Assembly: GCA_021299335.1 (NCBI GenBank)
Contig: JAJTGF010000004.1
Coordinates: 5,885 to 69,884, forward strand
Direction of reading: 5' to 3'
Length of the DNA stretch: 64,000 bases
Source: Cryomorphaceae bacterium
Lineage (GTDB): Bacteria > Bacteroidota > Bacteroidia > Flavobacteriales_D > Crocinitomicaceae
Shown here: positions 35,679 through 46,658 of the stretch, piece by piece
Position numbering within the stretch: the stretch's first letter is position 1
How the letters are laid out: each line of letters starts with the position of its first letter
Made by a program: the position numbers and the translations under genes
The notes under the pieces: model-generated
Database searches by the model: none
What the model was told of the DNA's origin: nothing
The model's input: only the letters and a program-made list of their open reading frames with translations

Positions 35679-36426
35679 TTTTCCAGTGGGTTCGGAGCAA
35701 TGTGTATTTCAATTTGGTTGCATACGCGCTGCGAATTGCGATATGCCAACCAGCCCTTCCATCCAAAAACCCGAATTTGAGTAGATAGGTTTTGATGAAT
35801 TGAGCACTGACTTTCATCGCAATTTTGAAGACTGAACTTTTCACCTTTCGCTCATATAACTCTTTGGCTGCAATTTCGGAAAAATAGGCAATTTGCTTGA
35901 AATGGTCTTCCTTGGTGTAATAGGAAAAATGCAAAAGGTCCCCAAATAAGTGTTGCACTTGGAGTTGAGGGTCCGGCAATAATTGATCGTGCGGGTTGAC
36001 CCCACCCCATTGAACATCTTTTTTAGAGGCCAAGCGCAGTTTGGTGTCTGGATACCAACCGCTGTGTTTGATCCAAGTTCCACAGTAATTCGTGAGGCGA
36101 TTGAAAGAAAAGGCGCCGCGCTCGGGTAAATTGGCTTTGATTTGTAAAATAGATTGCTTCAACTCGGGGGTAAGTGCTTCATCGGCATCTAGCGATAAAA
36201 TCCAGGAGTGTGTTGCTCTGTTGAGTGCTTCATTCTTTTGCTGAATATGCCCTTCAAACTTATTTTGCTCAAAGCGCACGTCGTGTTGCAAGCAAATTGC
36301 TTCAGTTTCATCCGTAGAAAAGGAATCGAGAACCAAGATTTCATCGCAAACATCTTGAAGCGAAGCGATACAGCGACCGATATTCCGGGCTTCGTTGTAG
36401 GTGATGATAACGCCAGAAATTTTCAT
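35671..36426 (-). CDS. Glycosyltransferase family 2
   Basis: 251 aa with ISGVIITYNEARNI, LDSFSTDET and SLDADE (DxD). Confidence 0.8.
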   Translation of the reverse strand: MKISGVIITYNEARNIGRCIASLQDVCDEILVLDSFSTDETEAICLQHDVRFEQNKFEGHIQQKNEALNRATHSWILSLDADEALTPELKQSILQIKANLPERGAFSFNRLTNYCGTWIKHSGWYPDTKLRLASKKDVQWGGVNPHDQLLPDPQLQVQHLFGDLLHFSYYTKEDHFKQIAYFSEIAAKELYERKVKSSVFKIAMKVSAQFIKTYLLKFGFLDGRAGWHIAIRSAYATKLKYTLLRTHWKNA

Positions 36427-36432
36427 CGCAGT

Positions 36433-37953
36433 TTATTTAATGCGAATGCGCTGCCCAATGGCAATGCTGTTGATCCTGATGCCTGGGTTGAGTCGTTGAA
36501 GTTGTGCCTGGGTGAGGTTATTGCGCTGCGCAATTTTACCAAAGGTGTCACCGGGCTTCACGGTGTAGTATTTCTTGACGGGCGGAGGCGGAGGGGCGGG
36601 CGTTGGCGCTGGTTGCACTTGTGTTTGATTGGTGTAGATTGTCAATTTTTGGCCTACGTAAATGTTGGTGGTGCGCAAGGCGTTCCACTCCATGAGTTGC
36701 TCGATAGATACGCTGTATTTGAGCGCGATTTGACGTAAGTTCTCACCGGTTTTGACTTTGTGATACATCAAGTTGCTAGCAGGCGGTATGTTTGTTTGAA
36801 GTGTGTCTATAGGAGGGTTGATGATACTTGTGGTATCTTTTTGGGTGGTGTCCTGACCAACTGGGCTAGGTGGAATGACTGGTTTGGGATGGTAAATAGC
36901 CTCTTCTAAAAGATATAAGGAGTCTTCGTAGCTCACTAACAAACCAATTTTATCCAGCGGGCCTGTTACGCAACGCGCGGGAGTCATTTTGGGAATGTAA
37001 GTGGTTTTATAGACGGGGTTAAGGCTCTGGATTTCGGTGAGGTCCCAGTCGACTAACTTAGCAATGGTTTGCATGTGGACGCCACTTTTCACGCACATGG
37101 TGTCGAGTTGTGAATTGTGAATTTTGGCCTCCATGGGAATGATGTTGTATTCGGCATGATAGGTCATCATGTAGGCAGCAGCAATAAAGTTTGGCACATA
37201 ACCTTGTGTTTCTGCGGGTAGATAAGGTCGTACTTCCCAATACGTCGTTTTGCCACCTGATTTTCGGATGGCATGATTCACGTTACCTGGCCCCGCATTA
37301 TAGGCAGCCAATGCTAAGTTCCAATCGCCGTAAATGCCATAAAGTTGTTTGAGGTAACGGCAAGCGGCATCGGTTGCTTTTTCGGGATCCATGCGCTCGT
37401 CGATATATGAGTTTTCGTCGAGGCCAAAATAGAGTCCGGTTTTGTACATGAACTGCCATAAACCCAAAGCTCCTGCTCTTGATTTAACTTGTGGCCTCAG
37501 ACCGCTCTCAATGACCGATAAAAAGCGCAATTCAAGTGGCAAACCGTATTCGGTGAGCTTCTCCTCAAAAAGGTCAAAATAGAGTGCCGAACGTCCTAGT
37601 GCTACTCGGATAAAACCACGGCGCTGGGCTGCAAAAAACTTAATGGTTGAGAGCGTTGCGGCGTTGCAATCGAGCTGAAACGGTGTGAGCTCATTCATTT
37701 TGGCCAAACGCGCACAAATAACCGAGTCAGAAAAAACGGGTACCTGTCCCGGTGTGTAGTTCAGGGCCGTAATGATTGAGTCGTATTTGTTGGAATTCGC
37801 GTAATCTGCGTAAAATAAATTGAGGCTTTGTTGGACAGTATTGACAAAAGGGTCTGGGTCTAGGGAGTCAGATGGCCGCACTAAATGCGCGGGTTTTTGA
37901 CCAAGCACGATGGTGGATGAAAGGAATAGCAATATAGAAATCAGCCATTTCAT
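36433..37953 (-). CDS. Lytic transglycosylase (MltD-like) with two C-terminal LysM domains
   Basis: 506 aa with a signal peptide and an SLT catalytic region (LSVIESGLRP...GALGLWQFMYKTG). The LysM repeats are YHKVKTGENLRQIALKYSVSIEQLMEWN and YTVKPGDTFGKIAQRNNLTQAQLQRLN. Confidence 0.85.
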   Translation of the reverse strand: MKWLISILLFLSSTIVLGQKPAHLVRPSDSLDPDPFVNTVQQSLNLFYADYANSNKYDSIITALNYTPGQVPVFSDSVICARLAKMNELTPFQLDCNAATLSTIKFFAAQRRGFIRVALGRSALYFDLFEEKLTEYGLPLELRFLSVIESGLRPQVKSRAGALGLWQFMYKTGLYFGLDENSYIDERMDPEKATDAACRYLKQLYGIYGDWNLALAAYNAGPGNVNHAIRKSGGKTTYWEVRPYLPAETQGYVPNFIAAAYMMTYHAEYNIIPMEAKIHNSQLDTMCVKSGVHMQTIAKLVDWDLTEIQSLNPVYKTTYIPKMTPARCVTGPLDKIGLLVSYEDSLYLLEEAIYHPKPVIPPSPVGQDTTQKDTTSIINPPIDTLQTNIPPASNLMYHKVKTGENLRQIALKYSVSIEQLMEWNALRTTNIYVGQKLTIYTNQTQVQPAPTPAPPPPPVKKYYTVKPGDTFGKIAQRNNLTQAQLQRLNPGIRINSIAIGQRIRIK

Positions 37954-39356
37954 ACGATCACTGCTTGTAATTTTTCAGAGGCATGAAAAAGTAGATCTTC
38001 CTCAAAATCGCGGGCCATTAATTGGATGCCAAAAGGTAAGCCATTGCTGTGTACACCAAAAGGAATACTCATGGCGGGGTTACCCGTGAGGTTGGCATGA
38101 ACCGTAAAAATATCTTGGAGATACATTTGAATGGGGTCTTTGACGGCGTTCATCTCAAATGCTGTGGTAGGCGTTGTTGGAGACAACAGCACATCGCATT
38201 CGGCTAAAAGTGCAGTAGTTCGGTCTTTGAGGATACGGCGCACTTGCTGTCCTTTGGTGTAATAGGCGTCGTAGTAGCCATGAGAAAGCACAAAAGTACC
38301 GGTCATGATGCGACGCTGCACCTCGGGGCCAAAACCTTCGCTGCGCGACTTAACGTAAGTTTCTTCTACGCCTTTGGCATCTGCGCTGCGGTATCCGTAA
38401 TGGACGCCGTCAAAGCGCGACAAATTGGATGACGCTTCTGCAGTCGTTAAGACGTAGTAGGTTGGCACCATGTAATCGAGGTAAGGAAAACTCACATCTA
38501 TGATTTCATGGCCTTTTTCTTCGAGTTTTCGGAGCGTTTGATTGAGTTTTTCTTTGATTTCAGCATCTAAACCTGGATGCGTGAGACACTCGTTTAATAC
38601 GCCGATTTTGAGTTTGTCAGGAAGATTTGTTCTGACCAAATTGGGCTCACTTGAACTTGTGGCATCATAGGGGTCTTGACCTGCAGTTATTTCGAGTAAG
38701 AGTTTGGTATCGGCAAGATCATTGGTAAAAAACCCAATTTGATCGAATGACGAAGCATAAGCGATGAGGCCATAACGACTCAGGCGGCCGTAGGTGGGCT
38801 TGATGCCGAAAGTGCCGGTCCAGGAAGCGGGTTGGCGTACAGAACCGCCTGTGTCAGAACCCAAAGACACCGTGCACAAATTGGCTGAAACTGCTACGGC
38901 GCTACCTCCAGATGAACCGCCAGGGACATAATTTGGGTTCCAGTTATTTTGCACAGGACCAAACGCAGAGTTTTCGTTGGAACTACCCATTGCAAATTCA
39001 TCGCAATTGAGCCGACCAATGACAATAGCGTCTTGGTCAATAAGGCGTTGTAGTACTGTTGAAGTATAAATTGATTCGAAACCAGCGAGGATTTTCGAGG
39101 AAGCAGAGACTTTGTGGTCTTTGTAGCAAATGTTGTCTTTGATGCCTACAATGACGCCAGCGAGCCGACCTGCGGTTCCGGATTGGATTTTTTGATCAAC
39201 CAAACGGGCTTGGGCACGAGCGGAATCTGCAAAAACTTCCAAAAAAGCATTGAGATGTTGGTGTGCTGAGATACGCGCTAGGTGTTCCTCAACGAGGTCC
39301 AAAGCCGTTTTGCCAGAATGCAAGGCGTTCTGAATGGCTGCGATAGTGCGGTACAT
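37950..39356 (-). CDS. gatA: Glutamyl/aspartyl-tRNA amidotransferase subunit A
   Basis: The ATG at 39356 (MYRTIAAIQNALHSGK) is preferred. It has the amidase signature GGSSGGSAVAV and GSDTGGSVRQPA. Its stop overlaps the next gene's start (ATGA). Confidence 0.9.
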   Translation of the reverse strand: MYRTIAAIQNALHSGKTALDLVEEHLARISAHQHLNAFLEVFADSARAQARLVDQKIQSGTAGRLAGVIVGIKDNICYKDHKVSASSKILAGFESIYTSTVLQRLIDQDAIVIGRLNCDEFAMGSSNENSAFGPVQNNWNPNYVPGGSSGGSAVAVSANLCTVSLGSDTGGSVRQPASWTGTFGIKPTYGRLSRYGLIAYASSFDQIGFFTNDLADTKLLLEITAGQDPYDATSSSEPNLVRTNLPDKLKIGVLNECLTHPGLDAEIKEKLNQTLRKLEEKGHEIIDVSFPYLDYMVPTYYVLTTAEASSNLSRFDGVHYGYRSADAKGVEETYVKSRSEGFGPEVQRRIMTGTFVLSHGYYDAYYTKGQQVRRILKDRTTALLAECDVLLSPTTPTTAFEMNAVKDPIQMYLQDIFTVHANLTGNPAMSIPFGVHSNGLPFGIQLMARDFEEDLLFHASEKLQAVIV

Positions 39357-39360
39357 GCAG

Positions 39361-39546
39361 TTATTTATCTTCTTTAGAAATTTCTGTAGAAGGCTCTGCT
39401 GCGTTGTTTTCGCCTTTGGATGCGTCTTTGAATTCTTTGACGCCTTTGCCAAGACCACGCATCAGTTCAGGAATTTTTTTACCTCCGAAGAAAAGTAAAA
39501 CAATCACGAGGATAAGAATGATTTCTGTTGGTCCAAATTTGCCCAT
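39361..39546 (-). CDS. tatA: Twin-arginine translocase subunit TatA/E
   Basis: 61 aa, [40 protein letters not shown]. Confidence 0.9.
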   Translation of the reverse strand: MGKFGPTEIILILVIVLLFFGGKKIPELMRGLGKGVKEFKDASKGENNAAEPSTEISKEDK

Positions 39547-39603
39547 AATAACTTTATTTAGTGTCTTACAAAATTAATGAAAATTCAACTCGCCCCTTGG
39601 ACC

Positions 39604-42300
39604 TTACAATTTTCTTGCCACTTCTACTTCTTCGTAGGCCTCGATGATATCTCCGATTTTAATATCGTTGAACTTATCTATGTTCAGACCACACTCATAA
39701 TTGTTTTTAACTTCTTTGACGTCGTCTTTGAAGCGCTTCAAGGAGCCTAAGCTGCCCGAATGCACGACAATGCCGTCGCGGATGAGGCGAATTTTGGAAC
39801 TGCGCTTGATGATGCCGTCGAGGACGTAGCAACCAGCAATAGTACCCACTTTCGTGATTTCGAAGGTTTCGCGTACTTCGGCAGAACCGAGTACTTTTTC
39901 TTCGATATCTGGTGAAAGCATTCCTTCCATCGCGGCTTTGATCTCTTCGATGGCCTTGTAGATAATGGAATACATGCGGATGTCGATCTGTTCGGTCTCG
40001 GCCAATTTACGAGCAGGAAGCGTAGGCCGAACTTGGAAGCCCACGATGATGGCGTCTGATGCAGAGGCCAAGTTGACATCGGCTTCGGTAATGGCACCGA
40101 CACCTTTGTGAACGATATTGACCTGGATTTCTTCAGTTGATAAGTTCAGTAAGGAGTCTGAGAGTGCTTCGATCGAACCATCTACGTCACCTTTCACGAT
40201 GATATTGAGCTCTTTGAAGTCTCCAATGGCCAAGCGTCGACCGATTTCGTCGAGGGTAATGTGCTTGGTGGTGCGCAATCCTTGCTCGCGGTAAAGTTGT
40301 TCGCGTTTTTGCGCAATTGATTTGGCTTCTTTTTCGTCGTCGAGTACGTTGAATTTGTCACCGGCACTAGGCGCGCCGTTGATACCGAGTACGGATACTG
40401 GCTGAGCTGGGCCCGCTTCTTTGAGCGCCTGACCATGTTCGTCGTGCATGGCACGAACGCGACCATAATAGCGACCGACTAGGATGACGTCGCCAATGCG
40501 CATGGTGCCTGCTTCTACGAGCATATTGGTAACATAGCCTTTTCCTTTATCCAAAGAGGATTCAATAACGGTACCGACAGCATTTTTAGCAGGGTTGGCT
40601 TTGAGGTCGAGGAGTTCTGCTTCGAGGAGCACTTTGTCGAGCAAAGCGTCAATGTTGAGGTTCTGCTTGGCAGAAATTTCTTGAACTTGGTATTTACCAC
40701 CCCAATCTTCGACGAGGATGTTCATGGCAGAAAGTTGCTCGCGGATGCGATCAGGACTAGCGCCAGGTTTGTCGATCTTGTTGATAGCGAAGATCATCGG
40801 GACATTCGCTGCTTGGGCATGCGAAATCGCTTCTTTGGTTTGTGGCATGACGTCGTCGTCTGCAGCCACAATGATAATAGCGACGTCCGTTACCTGCGCA
40901 CCGCGTGCACGCATGGCGGTAAACGCCTCGTGACCTGGGGTATCGAGGAAAGTCATTTTGCGACCATCTTTGAGGGTCACAGAGTAAGCACCGATGTGCT
41001 GAGTGATGCCCCCTGCTTCTCCTTCTGTAACGTTTGCATTACGAATGCGGTCAAGTAAGGAGGTTTTACCGTGGTCTACGTGACCCATGACGGTAATAAT
41101 TGGTGGGCGATCAACTAAATCTTCGGGTTGGTCTTCGACTACAGTGATGGCATCTTGAAGCTCTGCACTAATGAACTCGGTTTCAAAGCCAAATTCGTCG
41201 GCGACAATATGAATGGTTTCTGCATCGAGCCTTTGATTGATCGATGCGAAAATACCAAGAGACATACAGACAGAGATGACCTGCGTAGGCTGGACGTTCA
41301 TCATGGAAGCCAACTCAGAGACTGTAACAAACTCGGTGAGCTTGAGTGTCTTTTCTTCGAGTTCGGCCATGGCCATTTCTTCTTGACGGCGCTGTGCGTA
41401 GTTGTCGCGTTTTTGGCGACGATTTTTAGACGCCTTGGATTTTCCACCCTGATTAGACAAACGCGCGAGTGTTTCTTTGATCTCTTTTTGAATGTCTTGT
41501 TCGGAGATCTCGGCTTTCTCGATTTTAGGTTTGTTGGCGTTATTTGGGGTGTTCCCTACTTCGACTTTCTTGATGCGCTTGCGCTTGCGCTTTGAATTGG
41601 CATCTTCTGACGATGAGGCCACAGGTGTGCGCGGACGCTCGACCGGAAGGTCGATTTTACCAAGAACGGTTGGCCCCGAAAGGGTCTGACGCGTAGCGCG
41701 AATCATTTCAATTTCTGGCGCTTTTTCAGACTCTGCGGCGTTTGTTTCTTCAGCCGGAGCTGATGTAGGCGCCTGAGCGGCAGGCTCAGGTGCTGAAGGA
41801 GTTGCTGCGGGTTGAGCCTCGGCTGTTTTATCTTTTTTCTTGTCAGGACGCGTGCGTTGGTTAATGGAATCGAGGTCGATTTTGCCGACAACACTAACTT
41901 TACTCTCCGTTGCTTCTGCCGCGGCTGGAGCGTCCTCTAATTTGGGCGCTGGAGCCTTTGCAGGTGCATCGGTGAGGACTTGTCGCTTGATTTCCTCAAG
42001 GTTGATGTCTTCGTCGTCCTCATCTTCGACAACAGGAGCTGTATTGGGCTCTTCTTGTGGTTTATCTTTCAAAGACAAAGACTCGCGTTTTTCGCGACGC
42101 AAAGCAGCTTTAGACTGCTCTTTCATGCTTTGGTCTGCAGCAAATTCACGACATAAAATATCATAGTGCTCCTGCTCCAGACGCGATGTTGGAGTGGGGT
42201 CAATGACAATGCCTTTTGAACCTAAGAATTCGACAATAGTCGGTATTCCTACATTCAATTCTCCTGCTGCTTTTCCTAAACGAATCGGTTTTCCCGCCAT
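39604..42300 (-). CDS. infB: Translation initiation factor IF-2
   Basis: 898 aa with a low-complexity A/P/E-rich N-terminal region and a GTPase core ([24 protein letters not shown]). Confidence 0.95.
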   Translation of the reverse strand: MAGKPIRLGKAAGELNVGIPTIVEFLGSKGIVIDPTPTSRLEQEHYDILCREFAADQSMKEQSKAALRREKRESLSLKDKPQEEPNTAPVVEDEDDEDINLEEIKRQVLTDAPAKAPAPKLEDAPAAAEATESKVSVVGKIDLDSINQRTRPDKKKDKTAEAQPAATPSAPEPAAQAPTSAPAEETNAAESEKAPEIEMIRATRQTLSGPTVLGKIDLPVERPRTPVASSSEDANSKRKRKRIKKVEVGNTPNNANKPKIEKAEISEQDIQKEIKETLARLSNQGGKSKASKNRRQKRDNYAQRRQEEMAMAELEEKTLKLTEFVTVSELASMMNVQPTQVISVCMSLGIFASINQRLDAETIHIVADEFGFETEFISAELQDAITVVEDQPEDLVDRPPIITVMGHVDHGKTSLLDRIRNANVTEGEAGGITQHIGAYSVTLKDGRKMTFLDTPGHEAFTAMRARGAQVTDVAIIIVAADDDVMPQTKEAISHAQAANVPMIFAINKIDKPGASPDRIREQLSAMNILVEDWGGKYQVQEISAKQNLNIDALLDKVLLEAELLDLKANPAKNAVGTVIESSLDKGKGYVTNMLVEAGTMRIGDVILVGRYYGRVRAMHDEHGQALKEAGPAQPVSVLGINGAPSAGDKFNVLDDEKEAKSIAQKREQLYREQGLRTTKHITLDEIGRRLAIGDFKELNIIVKGDVDGSIEALSDSLLNLSTEEIQVNIVHKGVGAITEADVNLASASDAIIVGFQVRPTLPARKLAETEQIDIRMYSIIYKAIEEIKAAMEGMLSPDIEEKVLGSAEVRETFEITKVGTIAGCYVLDGIIKRSSKIRLIRDGIVVHSGSLGSLKRFKDDVKEVKNNYECGLNIDKFNDIKIGDIIEAYEEVEVARKL

Positions 42301-42333
42301 AATCTACTGTTGCGCTCCTTATTGGTATTAAAG

Positions 42334-43569
42334 TTATTCAAATTCCGCTTTCAAAATGCGGAATACTTCTTCTATCGTTTCTTTTTCGAGGTCTGTACGC
42401 GAAACGAGGTCCTCGACGCTGATCTCGAGTACTGATTTTGCGGTATCGCAACCAATAGCTTTGAGCTCGTCGATGATCCAGCTATCGATTTCATCTGCAA
42501 ACTCTTCGAGGTCGACATCTTCGATATCTACTTCGCCATCCCTGTATACATCTATTTCAAAACCGCACAATTTGCCAGCGAGTTTGATGTTGTTACCACC
42601 CTTACCAATGGCCAATGAGACTTGGTCTGGCTTGAGGAATACTTTAACGCGTTTTTCGTCGTCGAGTATCTCCATAGAGGTGATCTTGGCTGGCGAAAGT
42701 GCGCGTTGAATAAGTAATTGTTGGTTTGAAGTGTAGTTGATCACGTCGATGTTCTCGTTGCGCAATTCGCGAACGATGCCGTGGATGCGCGATCCTTTCA
42801 TGCCCACACAAGCACCAACTGGGTCAATGCGGTCGTCGTAGGATTCGACAGCTACTTTAGCACGCTCCCCTGGCTCGCGAACGATTTTTTTAACGGTAAT
42901 AAGGCCGTCAAATACTTCAGGAACTTCGAGTTCGAATAAACGCTCCAAGAACTCTGGTGCAGTGCGCGAAAGGATAATGACAGGTGTACTGTTGCGCATG
43001 TCGACCTTAGCCACCACTGCACGAACAGATTCTCCTTTTTTGAAGAAATCGGATGGAATTTGCTCAGATTTCGGCAAAATGAGTTCGTTGTTGTCGTCGT
43101 CCATAATGAGGATTTCTTTTTTCCAAACTTGGTAGACTTCGCCAGTAACGATTTCGCCGATGCGCTCTTTGTATTTGTTGTAAAGTTGGTCTTTTTCGAG
43201 CTCCATAATGCGCGAAATAAGGTTTTGACGCAATGCCAAAACGTTGCGACGACCAAAATCTGCGAATTTGAATTCTTCAGTTACTTCTTCACCAATTTCG
43301 AAATCAGGCTCGATTTTGATGGCATCTGAATAGGCAATCTCCGTATTCGGATCTTCTACTTCACCGTCGTCAACGATTTCCTTGTTCAAGAAAATTTGAA
43401 CATCACCTTTGTCAATATTGACAACGATATCGATGTGTTCGTCGGTATTGAACTTCTTTTTGAGCATGGCACGAAAGACGTCCTCGAGGACGTGCTGCAT
43501 CGTTTGTTTGTCAATATTTTTTAGTTCTTTAAACTCCGAAAATGAGTCAACAAGTTCCAAACTGTTCAT
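42334..43569 (-). CDS. nusA: Transcription termination/antitermination factor NusA
   Basis: 411 aa with a NusA N-domain, an S1 domain (GEIVTGEVYQV) and KH domains (ACVGMKGSRI, AIGKGGNNIKLA). It sits between rimP and infB. Confidence 0.95.
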   Translation of the reverse strand: MNSLELVDSFSEFKELKNIDKQTMQHVLEDVFRAMLKKKFNTDEHIDIVVNIDKGDVQIFLNKEIVDDGEVEDPNTEIAYSDAIKIEPDFEIGEEVTEEFKFADFGRRNVLALRQNLISRIMELEKDQLYNKYKERIGEIVTGEVYQVWKKEILIMDDDNNELILPKSEQIPSDFFKKGESVRAVVAKVDMRNSTPVIILSRTAPEFLERLFELEVPEVFDGLITVKKIVREPGERAKVAVESYDDRIDPVGACVGMKGSRIHGIVRELRNENIDVINYTSNQQLLIQRALSPAKITSMEILDDEKRVKVFLKPDQVSLAIGKGGNNIKLAGKLCGFEIDVYRDGEVDIEDVDLEEFADEIDSWIIDELKAIGCDTAKSVLEISVEDLVSRTDLEKETIEEVFRILKAEFE

Positions 43570-43574
43570 GGGGC

Positions 43575-44051
43575 TTATTTAAATGAAATTACAATTTTTG
43601 CTTCTTTTATTTGGTTGTAGGGTAGTTCGATGAAATCTTCTACCCAAACTTTTTTCTTTTTTACTTCGTCGCGTACTTGGTGACGTTGCTTGAACACCAA
43701 GATATCTTCGTTCATTTTCATGAGCTCAGCTTCAAATTGCTCACCTGCTTCAGGGAGCACCTTAAAACTTCGGCCCACATTTTTAGCGAATTGATTGATG
43801 TGACGAATCGGTTTGTCCAGACCCGCCGATGATACATGCAATTCAAAATCGGCTTTTTCGCGATCGAGGTTGTGTTCGATATTGCGAGAGACGGATACGC
43901 AATCACTGACACTTACACCGCCTTTGAGTTTGTCGAGCTCTACGTGAATCACGTTGGTCGGTGAAATGCGCAGGTCCACGACATAGAGGCCGTTATCGAG
44001 CTCTGCGATGCGTTCGTCTATGAGTGCTTGTATGACCTTTGGATCTAACAT
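43575..44051 (-). CDS. rimP: Ribosome maturation factor RimP
   Basis: The ATG at 44051 (MLDPKVIQALIDERI) gives about 158 aa in the conserved position upstream of nusA. The track's N-terminal extension is unlikely. Confidence 0.8.
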   Translation of the reverse strand: MLDPKVIQALIDERIAELDNGLYVVDLRISPTNVIHVELDKLKGGVSVSDCVSVSRNIEHNLDREKADFELHVSSAGLDKPIRHINQFAKNVGRSFKVLPEAGEQFEAELMKMNEDILVFKQRHQVRDEVKKKKVWVEDFIELPYNQIKEAKIVISFK

Positions 44052-44177
44052 AATTTTGTATTCGTTGCTTTTGCAGAAACAGTTGAAAAAAAGAGGGGAC
44101 TTGCGTCCCCTCGTTCCTATCATCTACAAATGTGAGGCAAATATACGCATTTTAAATTAATCCACAAAATCATCGCG

Positions 44178-44185
44178 TATCTTTG
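44178..44185 (+). promoter_or_regulatory. -7 box TATCTTTG abutting the DUF3109-like gene start
   Basis: Exact TAnnTTTG match with only 4 nt (cgct) before the ATG at 44190. Confidence 0.4.
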
Positions 44186-44189
44186 CGCT

Positions 44190-44768
44190 ATGTTAGTTGA
44201 AATCAAAGACAAAATTGTTTCCACCCAAATCTTTGAACGGCAGTTCGTTTGTGACCTCAACGCTTGCAAAGGAGCTTGTTGCATTGAAGGCGACGGAGGC
44301 GCGCCTGTAACAGAAGAAGAAATTCAGATCATTGAAGCCAATTTAGAGAAAATACGTCCATTCATGAGGCCAGAAGGAATTGAAGCCATTGAAGCGCAAG
44401 GAGTGGTGTATCACGATCAAGATTTTGAGCCCGCTACTACACTCGTGAATGGCGCTGAATGTGCTTTTGTCTTTTTTGATGCGGCAGGTATCGCCAAATG
44501 CGCAATTGAAAAAGCACAACGCGAGGGTCATATCGATTTCCCTAAGCCAATTTCATGTCACCTCTATCCGATTCGGACCAAAAAGTTCCAAGACTACACC
44601 GCACTTAACTACGAAAAGTGGGACATCTGCGAGCCCGCATGTGCTTGCGGAGAGAAATTAGAGGTGCCTGTTTTTAAATTCCTAAAAGAGCCCTTACAAC
44701 GAGCTTTTGGACCAGAATTCTATCAAGAATTAGAGAAAGTAGCCAAAGAGTTGGAAAACTTGGAATAA
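44190..44768 (+). CDS. Cys-rich protein, DUF3109-like
   Basis: 192 aa with an N-terminal FVCDLNACKGACCIEGDGGAP cluster and later C..C.C motifs. The family assignment is from memory. Confidence 0.55.
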   Translation: MLVEIKDKIVSTQIFERQFVCDLNACKGACCIEGDGGAPVTEEEIQIIEANLEKIRPFMRPEGIEAIEAQGVVYHDQDFEPATTLVNGAECAFVFFDAAGIAKCAIEKAQREGHIDFPKPISCHLYPIRTKKFQDYTALNYEKWDICEPACACGEKLEVPVFKFLKEPLQRAFGPEFYQELEKVAKELENLE

Positions 44769-44777
44769 AAACAAAAG

Positions 44778-44804
44778 AAAAGGCCCGATGAATCGGGCCT
44801 TTTC
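44778..44804. terminator. Bidirectional rho-independent terminator between convergent genes
   Basis: aaaaGGCCCGAtgaaTCGGGCCtttt is a perfect 7-bp GC-rich stem flanked by an A-run and a T-run. It lies between the stops at 44768 (+) and 44828 (-). Confidence 0.75.
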
Positions 44805-44827
44805 ATGTAGTAGCATTTCACTGAATT

Positions 44828-46633
44828 CTAATGCTCTTCTTCGCCATCTTCAAGAGGCGTAGTTTGCGGAATGAAATCTTGGCTTGCACCAGGCTTGGAG
44901 TAATCGTAAGGCCAACGGTGTACGGTTGGTAATTCACCTGGCCAGTTGCCGTGTATGTGCTCGACTGGAGTTGTCCACTCTAGGGTTGTAGAGTTCCAAG
45001 GGTTTTGTGGCGCTTTCGGACCTCTAAAAATACTGTAGAAGAAGTTGAACAAGAAAAGAACCTGACCCACAGCAGCGATAATAGCAAATGTGGTGATGAT
45101 TTCATTGAGGTCAACCATCAGTTCAAACGAGTTGTTGTCAAATTCGCTGTATGACGAGTAGTCGTAATAACGGCGTGGCGCACCTGCTAATCCGACAAAG
45201 TGCATCGGGAAGAATACGCCGTAGGCACCGATTAAAGTTACCCAGAAGTGAGCGTAACCCAAACGCGTGTTGAGCATGCGACCAAACATTTTTGGGAACC
45301 AGTGGTAAACACCTGCAAACATACCAAACACAGCAGACATCCCCATTACAATATGGAAGTGAGCAACAACGAAGTAAGTATCGTGTAACATGATATCTAG
45401 AGCGGAGTCAGCGAGAATGATCCCTGTAACACCTCCTGTAATGAAGGTAGAAACCAAACCGATTGCAAATAACATGGCTGGCGTCAAGACCAAAGAACCT
45501 TTCCAAAGTGTGGTGAGGTAGTTAAATACTTTTACTGCAGATGGAATCGCAATGAGGAGCGTAGTAAAGACGAAAACGCTGCCCAAGAATGGGTTCATGC
45601 CCGTCACGAACATGTGGTGACCCCAAACAATAAAGGAAAGGAAACCGATTGCGAGAATCGAACCAATCATGGCTTTGTAACCAAAAATAGGTTTACGTGA
45701 GTTCGTTGCAATGATTTCTGAAGATAAACCAAGTGCAGGAAGCAATACGATGTAAACTTCAGGGTGTCCGAGGAACCAGAATAAGTGTTGGTACAAAATT
45801 GGTGAACCTCCATGATTAGTGAGCATTTCCCCACCAACGATGATGTCCGAAAGGTAGAATGAAGTGCCCATGGTGCGGTCCATGATGAGTAGCAATGCCG
45901 CTGACAACAATACAGGGAAAGAAAGTACACCTAAAATAGCCGTTACAAAAAATGCCCAAATGGTGAGTGGCATGCGGGTCATGGTCATGCCTTTTGTGCG
46001 CAAGTTGATGATGGTCACGATGTAGTTCAATGAACCAATCAAAGACGAAGCGATAAAGATGGCCATTGAAACCAGCCAAAGGGTCATGCCCAATCCAGAT
46101 CCTGATACAGCTTGTGGTAGTGCAGATAATGGCGGATAGACTGTCCAACCAGCCATTGCTGGCCCAGACTCAACAAAGAGAGAAACCAACATGATAATAG
46201 ACGACAAAGCGAAGAACCAATAAGACAACATGTTCAAAAAGCCTGATGCCATGTCTCGGGCACCGAGTTGCAATGGAATCAAGATGTTTGAAAAGGTTCC
46301 GGAAAGGCCTCCTGTCAACAAGAAGAATACCATGATGGTTCCGTGAATAGTCACTAAACCGAGATACATATCTTCTTTAAGGACGCCATTTGGCGCCCAT
46401 TTTTCTCCTAAAAAGAAAGAAAGAATATCAGAGCTCTCCCCTGGCCAACCCAGTTGGATTCTGAAGAGAATCGAAAGCATCATTGCAACAAGACCCATGA
46501 AGACAGCAGTTAACAAGAACTGCTTTCCAATCATTTTGTGATCTTGTGAAAAGATGTATTTCGAAATAAAATGCTCCTCATGGTGATGGTGATCCTCATG
46601 ATGTCCGTGTGCGTGTGCGTCGTGTGAAGCCAT
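44828..46633 (-). CDS. ctaD: Cytochrome c oxidase subunit I (heme-copper oxidase, aa3-type)
   Basis: 601 aa and polytopic, with WFLGHPEVYI and WGHHMFVTGM signatures. Confidence 0.9.
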   Translation of the reverse strand: MASHDAHAHGHHEDHHHHEEHFISKYIFSQDHKMIGKQFLLTAVFMGLVAMMLSILFRIQLGWPGESSDILSFFLGEKWAPNGVLKEDMYLGLVTIHGTIMVFFLLTGGLSGTFSNILIPLQLGARDMASGFLNMLSYWFFALSSIIMLVSLFVESGPAMAGWTVYPPLSALPQAVSGSGLGMTLWLVSMAIFIASSLIGSLNYIVTIINLRTKGMTMTRMPLTIWAFFVTAILGVLSFPVLLSAALLLIMDRTMGTSFYLSDIIVGGEMLTNHGGSPILYQHLFWFLGHPEVYIVLLPALGLSSEIIATNSRKPIFGYKAMIGSILAIGFLSFIVWGHHMFVTGMNPFLGSVFVFTTLLIAIPSAVKVFNYLTTLWKGSLVLTPAMLFAIGLVSTFITGGVTGIILADSALDIMLHDTYFVVAHFHIVMGMSAVFGMFAGVYHWFPKMFGRMLNTRLGYAHFWVTLIGAYGVFFPMHFVGLAGAPRRYYDYSSYSEFDNNSFELMVDLNEIITTFAIIAAVGQVLFLFNFFYSIFRGPKAPQNPWNSTTLEWTTPVEHIHGNWPGELPTVHRWPYDYSKPGASQDFIPQTTPLEDGEEEH

Positions 46634-46658
46634 TTTTTATTGTTTTATCGTTGCTAAA

